In this document: piece by piece, positions 28,033 through 40,116 of the stretch
How positions within the stretch are numbered: the stretch's first letter is position 1
Layout: the number at the start of each line of letters is the position of its first letter
NCBI GenBank assembly: GCA_016935525.1
Contig: JAFGQU010000016.1
Span: 32,342 to 96,341, forward strand
Origin: Candidatus Omnitrophota bacterium
GTDB lineage: Bacteria; Omnitrophota; Gorgyraeia; Duberdicusellales; 4484-171
Direction: 5' to 3'
Length of the DNA stretch: 64,000 nt
Translations under genes and position numbers: made by a program
The notes under the pieces: model-generated
Seen by the model: only the letters and a program-made list of their open reading frames with translations
The model's database searches: none
What the model was told of the DNA's origin: nothing

Positions 28033-28731
28033 ATGCGTTTAAACAAGTATATTGCCCAAAGCGGAGTGTGTTCCCGGCGGCACGCTGATGAACTTATCGG
28101 CGAAGGCCGGGTGAAAGTGAACGGTGAAGTCGTCCGTACGCCGGGGATACAGGTGGTTCCCGGTGATCAGGTGAGCGTGGACCATCAGCCGTTACGGGCT
28201 TCCGAGCTGGTGTATGTGATTATGAATAAACCGGCAGGCGTGACTTCCACGGTAGAGGATCCTTTTGCCCAAAAAAAGATCGTGGATATGGTCCCGTCCC
28301 GACTGGGGAGGCTTTATCCGGTCGGCCGGCTCGATAAAGATTCACGCGGCCTGATCATTTTGACCAACGATGGCGATTTATGCCAGAAGTTGACTCATCC
28401 CCGGTTTGAGATAGAGAAAGAATATGTGGTGTTAGCCGATGGCCGAGTCCCGCAAAGCGCGTGTCTACGGTTCAAACGGGGAATAAAAGACCAGGGAGAA
28501 TTATTGAAAGTGACTTCGGTGAGGATACAGGGATACCGGGGAGATCAAACCGTATTACAGGTGATCGTGAAAGAAGGGAAAAAAAGGCATCTGCGCCGGC
28601 TGTTCGCTTATGTGGGCTATCCTGTCCGCGATTTGAAAAGGGTACGTATCGGGAATATCCGGCTGGGTAATCTGGCTGAAGGGGAATTCAAAATAGTCGA
28701 CAAAAAAATAATATACGGGCTTATCCGGTAA
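28033..28731 (+). CDS. rluB: rRNA pseudouridine synthase (RluB/RsuA family)
   Basis: MRLNKYIA..GVCSRR S4 domain; VGRLDKDSRGL. Confidence 0.9.
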   Translation: MRLNKYIAQSGVCSRRHADELIGEGRVKVNGEVVRTPGIQVVPGDQVSVDHQPLRASELVYVIMNKPAGVTSTVEDPFAQKKIVDMVPSRLGRLYPVGRLDKDSRGLIILTNDGDLCQKLTHPRFEIEKEYVVLADGRVPQSACLRFKRGIKDQGELLKVTSVRIQGYRGDQTVLQVIVKEGKKRHLRRLFAYVGYPVRDLKRVRIGNIRLGNLAEGEFKIVDKKIIYGLIR

Positions 28732-28786
28732 GGGAAAAGGCATTGCAATATCGTTAAGGAGATGGTAGGCTAATAACTTATATAAT

Positions 28787-29338
28787 ATGAATATAGTGTT
28801 TCTTGACCGTGACGGTGTGATCAATAAATTTCCCGGGAAAGGCCAATATGTGACCTCTCCAGGCGGATTTTCGTTTTTACCCGGCAGTATCGAAGCGATA
28901 AAAAAACTGAACGATAACGATTTTAAGGTGTATGTCGTTTCTAATCAGGCCGGAGTAGCCAAAGGATTGTATTCGCAAAAAGATCTTGATGCGATCGACC
29001 GTAAAATGACCGAAGGCCTGAAGAAGAAAAAAGCTCATGTTGACGGGATCTATTATTGTACCCATTCATCGGATGAGAAATGTTCCTGCCGTAAGCCCGC
29101 AACCGGGCTTCTCCAAAAAGCTATGGAAGGATATAAAGGGAACTCAGGTTGCGTTTTCTTTATCGGCGATTCGATGGTAGATATCGAAACGGCAAAAAAC
29201 CAGAATATCAATTCGATACTGGTGCTTTCCGGAAGAGTAAAATTGAGCGAACAGGATACCTGGCGGATGAGGCCCGATTACGTATTTGATAACCTGCTGC
29301 TCGCGGCGTATTATCTCTGTAATCATTATGGAAAATAA
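28787..29338 (+). CDS. gmhB: D-glycero-D-manno-heptose 1,7-bisphosphate phosphatase
   Basis: FLDRDGVIN, SNQAG, CTH..CSCRKP, IGDS motifs. Confidence 0.9.
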   Translation: MNIVFLDRDGVINKFPGKGQYVTSPGGFSFLPGSIEAIKKLNDNDFKVYVVSNQAGVAKGLYSQKDLDAIDRKMTEGLKKKKAHVDGIYYCTHSSDEKCSCRKPATGLLQKAMEGYKGNSGCVFFIGDSMVDIETAKNQNINSILVLSGRVKLSEQDTWRMRPDYVFDNLLLAAYYLCNHYGK

Positions 29339-30398
29339 GATCCTTATCGTGCATGCCAGTTGCGGCCGGGGACATGAACATGCCGCAAAAGCTCTGGCTG
29401 AAGAATTCGGGTGTGATTGTCATGATATCCTGGATTTCGCGCCCGGTATATTTAAAATGGTATATTGCCGGGGGTACCGGTTCCTGGTCAAACATTGCCA
29501 TTGGGTATGGATACTTATATTTGAAATAAGCAAATGCGATCTTCTTAACCGGGTTACCCATTTTTTCAATACACTTATTTTTCGTAAATTCCTCGCCTAT
29601 GTGCGCCGGGAGAAGCCGGCGATCGTGATTTCGACCCATTTTTTCAGTTCTTCGCTTATTTCGGATATAAAAGATGAGATTGCCTGTAAGAATGTGGTGT
29701 TGGTCACCGATCTCGGAGTCCATCCGGTCTGGGTCAATAGGAACGTAGACCAGTATTATGTGGGGCTTGAGTGCACCGCAGAGGATCTCCTCGCCCAGGG
29801 TATCCCTCCGGAGAAGATCAAAGTGACCGGATTGCCGTTACGCGAAGGTTTTTACGCCGAGAGTGTCGAAAAAGACATCTATGAGATATTGGATCTCACT
29901 CGCGATAAACCGTGCATACTTTTTTTAGCGACTGATTTAAGAAGAATGACGTATTTGCCGGGAGTTTTAAAAAAACTTGATCCGGATTTCCATCTGGTAG
30001 TGAGTTACGGCGGTAATCTTAAATTAAAAGAAAGACTTGAGCAGTTGAACCTTGCCAATCTGAAATTATTTTCTTTTTCCGACTGTATCTGGGTATTGAT
30101 GCGCGGAGCCGAGATGATCGTGACTAAACCCGGAGGGCTTACCGTTTTTGAATCTTTTCAGTTGCGTAAACCGCTTGTATTCACTCATTTTATCTGGGGA
30201 CAGGAGAGAAGTAATATGGATGTCGCTTGTGCCCGGGGTGTAGGGTTTTATGCGCGATGCGCGCATGAGCTCATTGAGAAAGTGTATTTTGTCCATAATA
30301 ACCTTACCGCCATCACTCAGAAGATGTTCCCGGTGAGCAATGCCCGCAGCCTTATAAGAGAATATACGGATCAGTTATTCTCCTCGACCACTATTTGA
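29328..30398 (+). CDS. GT28 glycosyltransferase (MGDG synthase/UgtP-like)
   Basis: GRGH, ISTHF, VTD..VH..W, TKPGGLT, GQERSN motifs. Confidence 0.85.
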   Translation: MENKILIVHASCGRGHEHAAKALAEEFGCDCHDILDFAPGIFKMVYCRGYRFLVKHCHWVWILIFEISKCDLLNRVTHFFNTLIFRKFLAYVRREKPAIVISTHFFSSSLISDIKDEIACKNVVLVTDLGVHPVWVNRNVDQYYVGLECTAEDLLAQGIPPEKIKVTGLPLREGFYAESVEKDIYEILDLTRDKPCILFLATDLRRMTYLPGVLKKLDPDFHLVVSYGGNLKLKERLEQLNLANLKLFSFSDCIWVLMRGAEMIVTKPGGLTVFESFQLRKPLVFTHFIWGQERSNMDVACARGVGFYARCAHELIEKVYFVHNNLTAITQKMFPVSNARSLIREYTDQLFSSTTI

Positions 30399-30434
30399 GA
30401 GAGCTCTGAAAAAGTCTAAAAACCTGTGGAATTT

Positions 30435-30510
30435 CCTGATTACAGTGGCCGAAAAGACGAAAGTTTTTAATCTCCGGAATCATCCTTTAATCACTGTAAT
30501 CAGACGCTGG
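30435..30510. repeat. family K (GATTACAGT/AATC 9-mer) inverted element
   Basis: Perfect 12-bp inverted repeat ctgattacagtg (30436) / cactgtaatcag (30492); homolog at 44565-44660. Confidence 0.8.
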
Positions 30511-30515
30511 AAAAG

Positions 30516-32354
30516 ATGAAATATTCTGTCGCCCGTGTCGTGTTTAATCTTGGGGTGGATAAAGCGTTCGATTATCGTATCGGCTCCGGCCAGCATATCT
30601 TACCCGGTATGCGCGTATGGGTAGAGCTGAACGGCCGCGGGCGTATGGGAGTCGTGACTAAACTTCTCGGCCGTACTCAGCGCCGGGGGTTAAACCCGGT
30701 CCTGGAAATATTGGATGCCGCCCCTACCCTTTCTGAAGCTCAACTTGATTTTGCCTGCTATCTCACTCGTTATTATCCTTATCCTCTGGGAGAATTCTTA
30801 TTTATGATGATCCCGCGTAAATTAAAAGTCAGGAAAACCCGGTTTGAACCGCAAGAGACAATGATACACGCTTGTGTTCCGCGAAAAGGAGAAAACCGTT
30901 CACGGGTCACCTATATCCAGGCCGGTTTGTTAAAAGAGCGTATTGAAGCTTACCGCCGGTATATCCGGGAAGCTCTGAAAGAAGGGTCGGTGATCCTCAC
31001 GGTGCCGTTGGTGGCGACTCTTAAATATCTGCGCAAAGAGCTTGCGGGCGAGTTCAAAGATATGGTCGTCCTTTCCAGCTATCAACGCGATAACGAGATG
31101 TATTTTTCCTGGCAACACGCGCATTCTCAAAAAAAACTGATCTTGAGTACCCGGTTGGGACTGTTTCTTTTTCCGGCCGATGTGCGTCTTGTTATTGTGG
31201 AGGATGAAAGTAATAGCCATTACTTTTCTCAGGAGAAACCTTACTATTATTTCATCGATATTGCCCGGTATCTTAAGGAATGCCGGGGTATCGATCTTGT
31301 TGTCGGGTTCGATTATCCTTCATTGGAAACGTATAAATCAATAAAAGAAAAACAGGGCAATCCCGAGATCATCAGGATCCCTTTTGATTTGTGCGCGACG
31401 GAAATCATCTCGACGTTAAGTTTCTTTACTAAAAAGAAAGGGTTCCATTTTAACAATCTGTTTTTAGAATTGGTCCGTAAAAACCTCGATGAGCAGAAAC
31501 GGGTGCTTATCCTTTATAACCGGCGGGGATATGCGACGTTACTCAAATGTTCACAATGCGGCCATGTATACCGTTGTAAACGTTGTGAAAGCGTGCTGAA
31601 ATTTTCGGCCGCGGCCGACGAACAGAAAGGGGTCTGCCCGTTTTGTCATTACCAGGAAGATATCCCGAAAGTGTGTCCTCAATGTAATTCCGGATATATC
31701 CGGACCCTAGGGCTGGGAATAGAACGGTTGGAATCACATCTTAAAAAAGCTTTCCCGCAGCATAAGGTCGGTCTGGTTTCGCCGTCGGTTCCCCGGGATG
31801 CCGAAATCCTGGTAAGTACGTATGGGGTGCTCGACGGGCCCTATTTAGAGGCCAATAGGCCGGACGCGGTGTTTGTCTTGGACAGTGACCATTCTCTTGT
31901 CCGGATCGATTTCGAAGCGACCTTGCAGTTATATATCTATTTGCGCCGGTTGGCTGCGTATACGCGCACGCGGGTGTATATCTTTACGCTCAATAGAGAT
32001 CATTATGTGTGGGAAACATTATCGGATGAGTCCGATGTCTTTTACCTGGCCGAAAGCCGTCTGCGCAACCAGGCTCATTTACCGCCTTATTGTCATTTTG
32101 CCAAGATCTCGTTACGGGGCCGGGATGAGAAGAGGCTTTTCATCGGTGCCAATACAGTATACAATAAACTACATGACAACCCTCAATTAGAAGTGTACGG
32201 CCCGATTACGGATGTGCCGTTTAAACTGAGGGGTTATTTTTATTATTCGGTTATTGTAAAATCCAAACAGAAGGCCCCTTTATATCAGGCGGTCGAGGAG
32301 ATCACGAAACATTCACGAAGTAAAGCAACAAGGATAGCAGTCCAATTACGATGA
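30516..32354 (+). CDS. priA: primosomal protein N' (helicase motifs degenerate)
   Basis: N-terminal 3'-DNA-binding domain (FDY), NRRGYA, four CxxC motifs, G.ERL, LPPY C-terminal domain; adjacent to fmt. Confidence 0.88.
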   Translation: MKYSVARVVFNLGVDKAFDYRIGSGQHILPGMRVWVELNGRGRMGVVTKLLGRTQRRGLNPVLEILDAAPTLSEAQLDFACYLTRYYPYPLGEFLFMMIPRKLKVRKTRFEPQETMIHACVPRKGENRSRVTYIQAGLLKERIEAYRRYIREALKEGSVILTVPLVATLKYLRKELAGEFKDMVVLSSYQRDNEMYFSWQHAHSQKKLILSTRLGLFLFPADVRLVIVEDESNSHYFSQEKPYYYFIDIARYLKECRGIDLVVGFDYPSLETYKSIKEKQGNPEIIRIPFDLCATEIISTLSFFTKKKGFHFNNLFLELVRKNLDEQKRVLILYNRRGYATLLKCSQCGHVYRCKRCESVLKFSAAADEQKGVCPFCHYQEDIPKVCPQCNSGYIRTLGLGIERLESHLKKAFPQHKVGLVSPSVPRDAEILVSTYGVLDGPYLEANRPDAVFVLDSDHSLVRIDFEATLQLYIYLRRLAAYTRTRVYIFTLNRDHYVWETLSDESDVFYLAESRLRNQAHLPPYCHFAKISLRGRDEKRLFIGANTVYNKLHDNPQLEVYGPITDVPFKLRGYFYYSVIVKSKQKAPLYQAVEEITKHSRSKATRIAVQLR

Positions 32355-33280
32355 GATTCGTTTACTTTGGTACTTCACAATTTGCTGCCGATTTTCTGAA
32401 ATTGCTTTGCGATAAAAACATTATACCGGAATTAGTAGTCAGCACTCCCGATGTCCACTCGGGAAGAGGGCTGAAACTGCAGAGTTCTCCGGTAAAATCG
32501 TGTGCCGCCGAAAAAGAGATACCCTGTATTACCCCTCAAGACCTGTCGGATCCCCGCTGTACCAAGAAGATACAGGATCTAGGAGCCGACCTCTTTGTCG
32601 TGGTCAGTTACGGCAAGCTTATTCCGCACAAGATGCTGTCTTCGGCGGGCAAATTCCCGTTAGGCGTTCATCCTTCTCTGCTTCCCCGCCTACGGGGCGC
32701 GGCTCCTATCCAGTGGTCGTTGATCAACGGCGAAGCAGTGACCGGAGTGACGGTCTTTGTGATCGACGAAAAAATAGACTCAGGCCCTATTTTAGTGCAG
32801 GAAAAACTGGTTATTCATAAAGACGACGACTATTTTTCTTTATGCCGGCGGCTCGTCGCTTTAGGCGTAGAATGTATCGTAGGGGCATTGCGACTGCTTT
32901 CTTCAGAGAAATATGAGCTTATCGAACAGGATAAAGCTCAGAGTACCTATTCCCGTAAATTGAAGAAATCCGACGGTAAGATCAATTGGCGAAAACGCGC
33001 GAAAGATATTGTCAATCTTATCCGCGGCACAAAAGAATGGCCCGGCGCGTATACGTTTCATAAAGGTAAACCGATCAAGATCATTCAGGCTGTAGAGGCT
33101 CAAAGCTGCGAATGCCCGCCGTCACCGGGTATCATCACGGTGAAAGAGGGGATGCTGTATGTACGGGCCGGCGATATCGCGGTCGCGGTCCTTAGGCTTA
33201 AACCGGCCGGGAAAAAAGAGATGCCGGCGGAAAGTTTTCTTAACGGATATAGAGTCAAAACGGGAGACCGTTTTGAATAA
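32351..33280 (+). CDS. fmt: methionyl-tRNA formyltransferase
   Basis: FGTSQFA, VVSYG, HPSLLPRLRGAAPIQ, DSGPI motifs. Confidence 0.96.
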   Translation: MRFVYFGTSQFAADFLKLLCDKNIIPELVVSTPDVHSGRGLKLQSSPVKSCAAEKEIPCITPQDLSDPRCTKKIQDLGADLFVVVSYGKLIPHKMLSSAGKFPLGVHPSLLPRLRGAAPIQWSLINGEAVTGVTVFVIDEKIDSGPILVQEKLVIHKDDDYFSLCRRLVALGVECIVGALRLLSSEKYELIEQDKAQSTYSRKLKKSDGKINWRKRAKDIVNLIRGTKEWPGAYTFHKGKPIKIIQAVEAQSCECPPSPGIITVKEGMLYVRAGDIAVAVLRLKPAGKKEMPAESFLNGYRVKTGDRFE

Positions 33281-33303
33281 ATCCGAAGCGCGAAAGAGCT
33301 TTA

Positions 33304-33428
33304 GAAAAATGCAGTCGAAATACGATAGAAATACATGGAAATACAATCGTATTTCACGCAGCATCAGCGGAGTGTATTTCGTGTAGCGTAGCGAAACATA
33401 TTTCGCGAAGTAGAACGAAGCATATTTC
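33304..33428. repeat. family F inverted array, second copy
   Basis: gaaatacgata gaaatacatg gaaatac aatc gtatttc ... gtatttc ... catatttc ... catatttc. Confidence 0.8.
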
Positions 33429-33439
33429 AGTAAAGCGAT

Positions 33440-35741
<2,302 letters not shown>

Positions 35742-35790
35742 AGGCAAAGAATAGTTGATTTTTCTTATAAGCCGACTAAAATAGTCTATA

Positions 35791-36276
35791 ATGATGATAC
35801 GAAAAATAACTTCAGCGGTATTGATCTCGGCCCTGTTTTTATCGAGCGGATGTCTTACTCTCCGCAAGAAATTTGTCCGTAAAAAGAAATCGGAAACCGA
35901 ACCCGTCGCGTATGTCGATTTCAAAGAATATCCGGACGCCCCTTCAAAAGAGATATATCATAACTACTATATATTCGCTCAAGGCTGGTTGGGAGACCTT
36001 TATCAGGCGCTCACCGATACCGGTAATCGCAAAAAACAAAAACAGGCGATAGATGAAACGCTCATGAATGTCGAGCAGATGATTTCTTATTTTAACGAAG
36101 ACGGGAAAACCAAAACCGCGGGTATCTATGAAGAACTTCTTGAGGTCAAAAAGCAGATAAGTGCTCCGGTACTGAACGAGTTGGAAGTGGATTATCTGGC
36201 CAGAAAGGTTGAGCAATTGAAACGGCGGATAATCCGGGAATTAGACTGGCGGGTAGTGAGTGAATGGGTACATTAA
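35791..36276 (+). CDS. hypothetical lipoprotein
   Basis: SSGC lipobox followed by LRKKFVRKKK. Confidence 0.7.
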   Translation: MMIRKITSAVLISALFLSSGCLTLRKKFVRKKKSETEPVAYVDFKEYPDAPSKEIYHNYYIFAQGWLGDLYQALTDTGNRKKQKQAIDETLMNVEQMISYFNEDGKTKTAGIYEELLEVKKQISAPVLNELEVDYLARKVEQLKRRIIRELDWRVVSEWVH

Positions 36277-36890
36277 AGATCAAATCTTTCTGTCTGGGCG
36301 ATCTGTTCACCAACGCATATCTGGTCATTAATCCCGATACCCACAATTGCGTGTTGATCGATGCCCCCTCCGGTTCGGGCGCGGTGTCTCAATATATCCG
36401 GGACCATGAGTATCATCTTCAATATATCCTTTTGACTCACGGCCATTGCGATCATATCGCCGGCCTTAAAGAGATCTCCTCTCCGGTCTACATCCATAGT
36501 AAAGATGTCCCGCTATTGAAAGATCCTTCCTTAAACTTCTCATTTCTGTTTAATCCGTTTACTATTGAACAGGTCCCTTTAGAACTTGCCGATAACCAGG
36601 CAGTATCTTTAGATGACCACAGGTTAAAGATACTCCATACTCCCGGGCATACCCCCGGTTCGTTATGTGTAGCCTGTGAAGGCCTGCTGTTCAGCGGGGA
36701 TACATTGTTTTTCGATTCGGTAGGCCGGACCGATATGCCGTATTCTTCAGGTTCCCAGCTGATCGATTCGATAAAAGCGAAATTATTCGCTTTACCCGGT
36801 GAGGTGAAAGTGTTTCCCGGGCATGGGCAGGACACTACGCTTAAACGGGAAATCGAACATAATCCTTACCTGCAGGCAACTACCCTGTAG
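36264..36890 (+). CDS. MBL-fold metallo-hydrolase (glyoxalase II-like)
   Basis: THGHCDH, HTPGHTPG, FSGDTLF, PGHG motifs. Confidence 0.92.
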   Translation: MGTLKIKSFCLGDLFTNAYLVINPDTHNCVLIDAPSGSGAVSQYIRDHEYHLQYILLTHGHCDHIAGLKEISSPVYIHSKDVPLLKDPSLNFSFLFNPFTIEQVPLELADNQAVSLDDHRLKILHTPGHTPGSLCVACEGLLFSGDTLFFDSVGRTDMPYSSGSQLIDSIKAKLFALPGEVKVFPGHGQDTTLKREIEHNPYLQATTL

Positions 36891-36910
36891 GATACATAAT
36901 CCTCAGAATC

Positions 36911-37001
36911 GAGCGTAGAGTGTGTAGTGATGAGTAGTAATAGGGAAACCAGAAATTTCTTAAAAAATGGATTATCCGCTCACCGCTATCCGCTCACCGC
37001 T
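36911..37001. repeat. family H inverted pair
   Basis: Degenerate left arm gagcgta gagtgtg tagtgat; right arm atccgct caccgct atccgct caccgct. Confidence 0.7.
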
Positions 37002-37013
37002 TGGAGTTAACCG

Positions 37014-37904
37014 GTGAGCATGGAAGTGTATGTAGAAGCTTTTCTGGATTATCTCAAAGTAGAAAAAGGGCTTGCGGCCAATTCGATCTTGTCCTATCAT
37101 CGCGACCTTAAAAAATATATCCGGTTTCTCGCGGCTCGGCATATTGGGGAGATAAAAAGCATAAAAAGAGAAGAGATCGTCGATTTTCTGTTTACCTTAA
37201 GAAAAAAGAACGCGACCAGCAGTATTGCCCGGATGGTATCCAGCTTGAAAAGTTTTCACCGGTTCCTTTTCCGGGAAAAGATCACCCGGGACGACCCGGC
37301 CGAACTCATCGATACTCCCCGGATGGATAAGAACATCCCCGATATCCTTTCCGGAGATGAAGTCCAGCGTCTCCTGAAATCGCCCAATCCTAAGAACCGG
37401 CAGGGAATACGCGACCGGGCTATGTTAGAGCTTATGTACGCGACGGGATTAAGAGTTTCGGAAGTATCGACTTTGACGGTTGAAAATATTAATATGGATG
37501 TAGGGTTCTTGCGGTGCCGCGGTAAAGGTTCCAAAGAACGGATAGTCCCGCTGGGCGGTATGGCCAGAAAATTTATTTTGCGATATTTGGAAACAGCCCG
37601 TCCCCAGCTTCTCAAAAACAAAAACAGTACCTATCTGTTTTTAGCTCAAGGCGGGCGGATTTTGAGCCGCCAGAGTATCTGGAAAATGATCAAAAGACTG
37701 GTAAAAGAAGCAAAGATCAAAAAACGGGTCACGCCCCATACGTTGCGCCATTCGTTTGCGACCCATCTTTTGGAACATGGCGCCGATCTGCGCAGCGTAC
37801 AGGAAATGCTGGGGCATGCCAGTATTACTACTACTCAGCTCTATACGCATATTAACCGGTCACGGTTAAAAGAGATCCATACCCGGTTTCATCCGAGAGC
37901 CTAA
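37014..37904 (+). CDS. xerD: tyrosine recombinase XerD
   Basis: LKVEKGLAANS, YATGLRVSE, GKGSKERIVP, HTLRHSFATHLL, LGHASITTTQLY. Confidence 0.93.
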   Translation: MSMEVYVEAFLDYLKVEKGLAANSILSYHRDLKKYIRFLAARHIGEIKSIKREEIVDFLFTLRKKNATSSIARMVSSLKSFHRFLFREKITRDDPAELIDTPRMDKNIPDILSGDEVQRLLKSPNPKNRQGIRDRAMLELMYATGLRVSEVSTLTVENINMDVGFLRCRGKGSKERIVPLGGMARKFILRYLETARPQLLKNKNSTYLFLAQGGRILSRQSIWKMIKRLVKEAKIKKRVTPHTLRHSFATHLLEHGADLRSVQEMLGHASITTTQLYTHINRSRLKEIHTRFHPRA

Positions 37905-37919
37905 GGGGAGAGAATGAAG

Positions 37920-38012
37920 GTTAGCCCGTTGACCCGTTTGCCCGTTCAACCCGTTCTAAAAACGGGATAACGGGAATCCCCCTGTGGCGGGAAACGCGAG
38001 CACGGGCGAACC
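37920..38012. repeat. family C inverted pair with a mini-hairpin insert
   Basis: gttagccc gttgaccc gtttgccc ... aacgggat aacgggaa [tccccctgtggcggga] aacgcgag cacgggcg aacc. Confidence 0.85.
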
Positions 38013-38032
38013 GGTTGAAAGGTTAGAAAAAG

Positions 38033-39319
38033 ATGTTTGTAAAGAAGATCGAAAAATTACCGTCGAACGTAAAAAGGGTACTGAAAAGATCTTCGGTCCT
38101 TTCCCGAAAACTGGATGTCGCGATATATCTGGTAGGCGGGATCGTCCGTGATTTTATCTTAGGCCGGGATAATTTTGACCTGGATATTGTCGTTGAAGGG
38201 GACGGGCTTAAATTTGCGCATGCGTTGGGAGAGCATTATAAAGCCGATTTTCGTAAACACCATTCTTTCGGTACGGCAACGGTGTATTTCAAAGGATTTA
38301 AAGTAGATATCGCGACGGCCCGCCGGGAATCCTACCCTCATCCGGGAGCGCTCCCGGTCATTACCCGATCAACGTTAAAAGAAGACCTTATCCGCCGGGA
38401 TTTTTCGATTAACGCGATGGCACTCAGTCTTAACCGGGATGATTACGGCGGGTTGATCGATTATTATAAAGGATATACCGACCTTCGAGACGGGATAATC
38501 CGGGTGCTCCATGACCGGAGTTTCACCGACGACCCGACCCGTATTTTTCGTGCCATACGCTTTGAACAGAGATTCGGCTTCCGCATGAGGAGGGGTACTC
38601 TTAAGTTACTCAAAAGCGCTCTGGCTAAAGGAGCGCTTAAGACCGTGAATGAACAACGCCTTCGTGACGAATTGGCGCTTATGTTTGAAGAAGAACATCC
38701 TTCCCGTTGCGTAAAAAGGGTACAGGCTCTTATCGGCTGGAGATTTTTAAACGCGCAGGTACGGTTATCGTCGAAAGAGCTGGCGTTATTCCGCCATTTA
38801 GACGAGACCGTCCGGGTATACCAAAAATCCTTTCCACATTACCCTAAAGTAGACCGGAGAGCATTGTATTTTGCCGGGTTACTTTTGCCGTTGGACGTAA
38901 AAGAGGTCCTTACGGTTTCGGCCCGGTTCGGGTTACGTAAAAACGAACGGACAGTGGCCCTTGCCGTCGGGAAAGCCTATCGTAAGATATACCGGGTATG
39001 CCGGGGCCGGATCGATCCGGTGAGATTGTATACGGTCCTTTCCGGTTATCCGCTGGAAGTGATTTTGTTTTGTTACGCGTATTATTACCGTAACCGCACT
39101 GTAAAGAAGAACCTTTTATTTTATCTGGATAAACTGTTCGGAGTATCGTTAAAAGTCCGCGGTCGGGACTTGAAAAAACTGGGGTTCGGCCCGGAAAGAT
39201 CTTACAGTAAAGTGTTCACTAAACTGTTACATAAAAAGATCGAAAAGGATTTCCGTTCGCGCCGGGAAGAGTTAAAAGAGCTTAAAAAGTTGGCAAAAGA
39301 CCATTTGCGCAAGAAGTGA
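38033..39319 (+). CDS. tRNA nucleotidyltransferase (CCA- or A-adding type)
   Basis: VGGIVRD, DLD, ATARRESY, RRDFSINAMA, DDPTRIFR motifs. Confidence 0.9.
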   Translation: MFVKKIEKLPSNVKRVLKRSSVLSRKLDVAIYLVGGIVRDFILGRDNFDLDIVVEGDGLKFAHALGEHYKADFRKHHSFGTATVYFKGFKVDIATARRESYPHPGALPVITRSTLKEDLIRRDFSINAMALSLNRDDYGGLIDYYKGYTDLRDGIIRVLHDRSFTDDPTRIFRAIRFEQRFGFRMRRGTLKLLKSALAKGALKTVNEQRLRDELALMFEEEHPSRCVKRVQALIGWRFLNAQVRLSSKELALFRHLDETVRVYQKSFPHYPKVDRRALYFAGLLLPLDVKEVLTVSARFGLRKNERTVALAVGKAYRKIYRVCRGRIDPVRLYTVLSGYPLEVILFCYAYYYRNRTVKKNLLFYLDKLFGVSLKVRGRDLKKLGFGPERSYSKVFTKLLHKKIEKDFRSRREELKELKKLAKDHLRKK

Positions 39320-39357
39320 CTTTAAGGTATAATTTAGGGTTTTAGAAGGCAGAAATA

Positions 39358-39445
39358 GGTTCGCCCGTGTACTCGTTACCCCGTGTGCCTGTTTTTGAAG
39401 AACGGGAGAACGGGAATCCCGCCTGCGGCGGGGAACGCGCCAACC
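39358..39445. repeat. family C inverted pair with the same mini-hairpin insert
   Basis: gttcgccc gtgtactc gttacccc gtgtgcct ... aacgggag aacgggaa [tcccgcctgcggcgggg] aacgcg. Confidence 0.85.
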
Positions 39446-39465
39446 TCAGATACACAACGGGCCAT

Positions 39466-39744
39466 ATGTTTATCGGATATTTGCGGGTAGAACTTTTTAT
39501 CCCTCATAGCCGGTCTTTGAAAGACAAGCGGCAAGTCGTACTCAGTATTAAACAGCGCCTGCGGCAGCGGTTTAATATCTCGATCGCGGAAGAACCTTCG
39601 GATAAATGGCAGCGGTGCCGGCTTGCCTGTGTCTATGTGAACTATCATCGTGGGGAAGTAGGCAATACTCTTGCCAAGGTCGAAGAGAATGTTCGTAATC
39701 ATATCCATTTTCAGGTGATCGATTCGGAATACGAGGTGTTTTGA
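39466..39744 (+). CDS. DUF503 (YlxP-like) protein
   Basis: SLKDKR...RFNISIAE...WQR; start set to ATG 39466. Confidence 0.88.
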   Translation: MFIGYLRVELFIPHSRSLKDKRQVVLSIKQRLRQRFNISIAEEPSDKWQRCRLACVYVNYHRGEVGNTLAKVEENVRNHIHFQVIDSEYEVF

Positions 39745-39747
39745 GAA

Positions 39748-40116
39748 ATGGGAATGCGTCTGGATAAAGTGAATGCCGAGATCAAAAGGAGAGTGATGGA
39801 GATCATCCAGCAGGAACTGGACGACCCTCATCTGGGCATGGTGAGCGTGACCAGGGTAGACACCTGTGCCGACCTGAAGACGAGCCGGGTCTATTTCAGT
39901 GTCCTTAATAACGATGACTTCGAACGTACCGGGAAAATACTCGCCTCGATGAGCGGATTTATCCGCAGGCTTCTGGGTAAAAAAATGAGGATAAAGATCC
40001 TGCCTACACTCGTCTTTTTACCGGATACCAGTATACAATATAGCGTGGATATCTATGCCAAGATAGAGGAGGTTATGGGTGATCAGGAAGATAATCGAGA
40101 TTCTCAAAAACAATAA
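39748..40116 (+). CDS. rbfA: ribosome-binding factor A
   Basis: DPHLGMVSVTRV..ADL, GFIR, P.L.F..D. Confidence 0.93.
   Translation: MGMRLDKVNAEIKRRVMEIIQQELDDPHLGMVSVTRVDTCADLKTSRVYFSVLNNDDFERTGKILASMSGFIRRLLGKKMRIKILPTLVFLPDTSIQYSVDIYAKIEEVMGDQEDNRDSQKQ

Noticed and set aside
37014-37904. Tyrosine recombinase as an integron or phage integrase
   Set aside because: It has typical XerD motifs, no IntI-specific insertion, and a housekeeping gene context.
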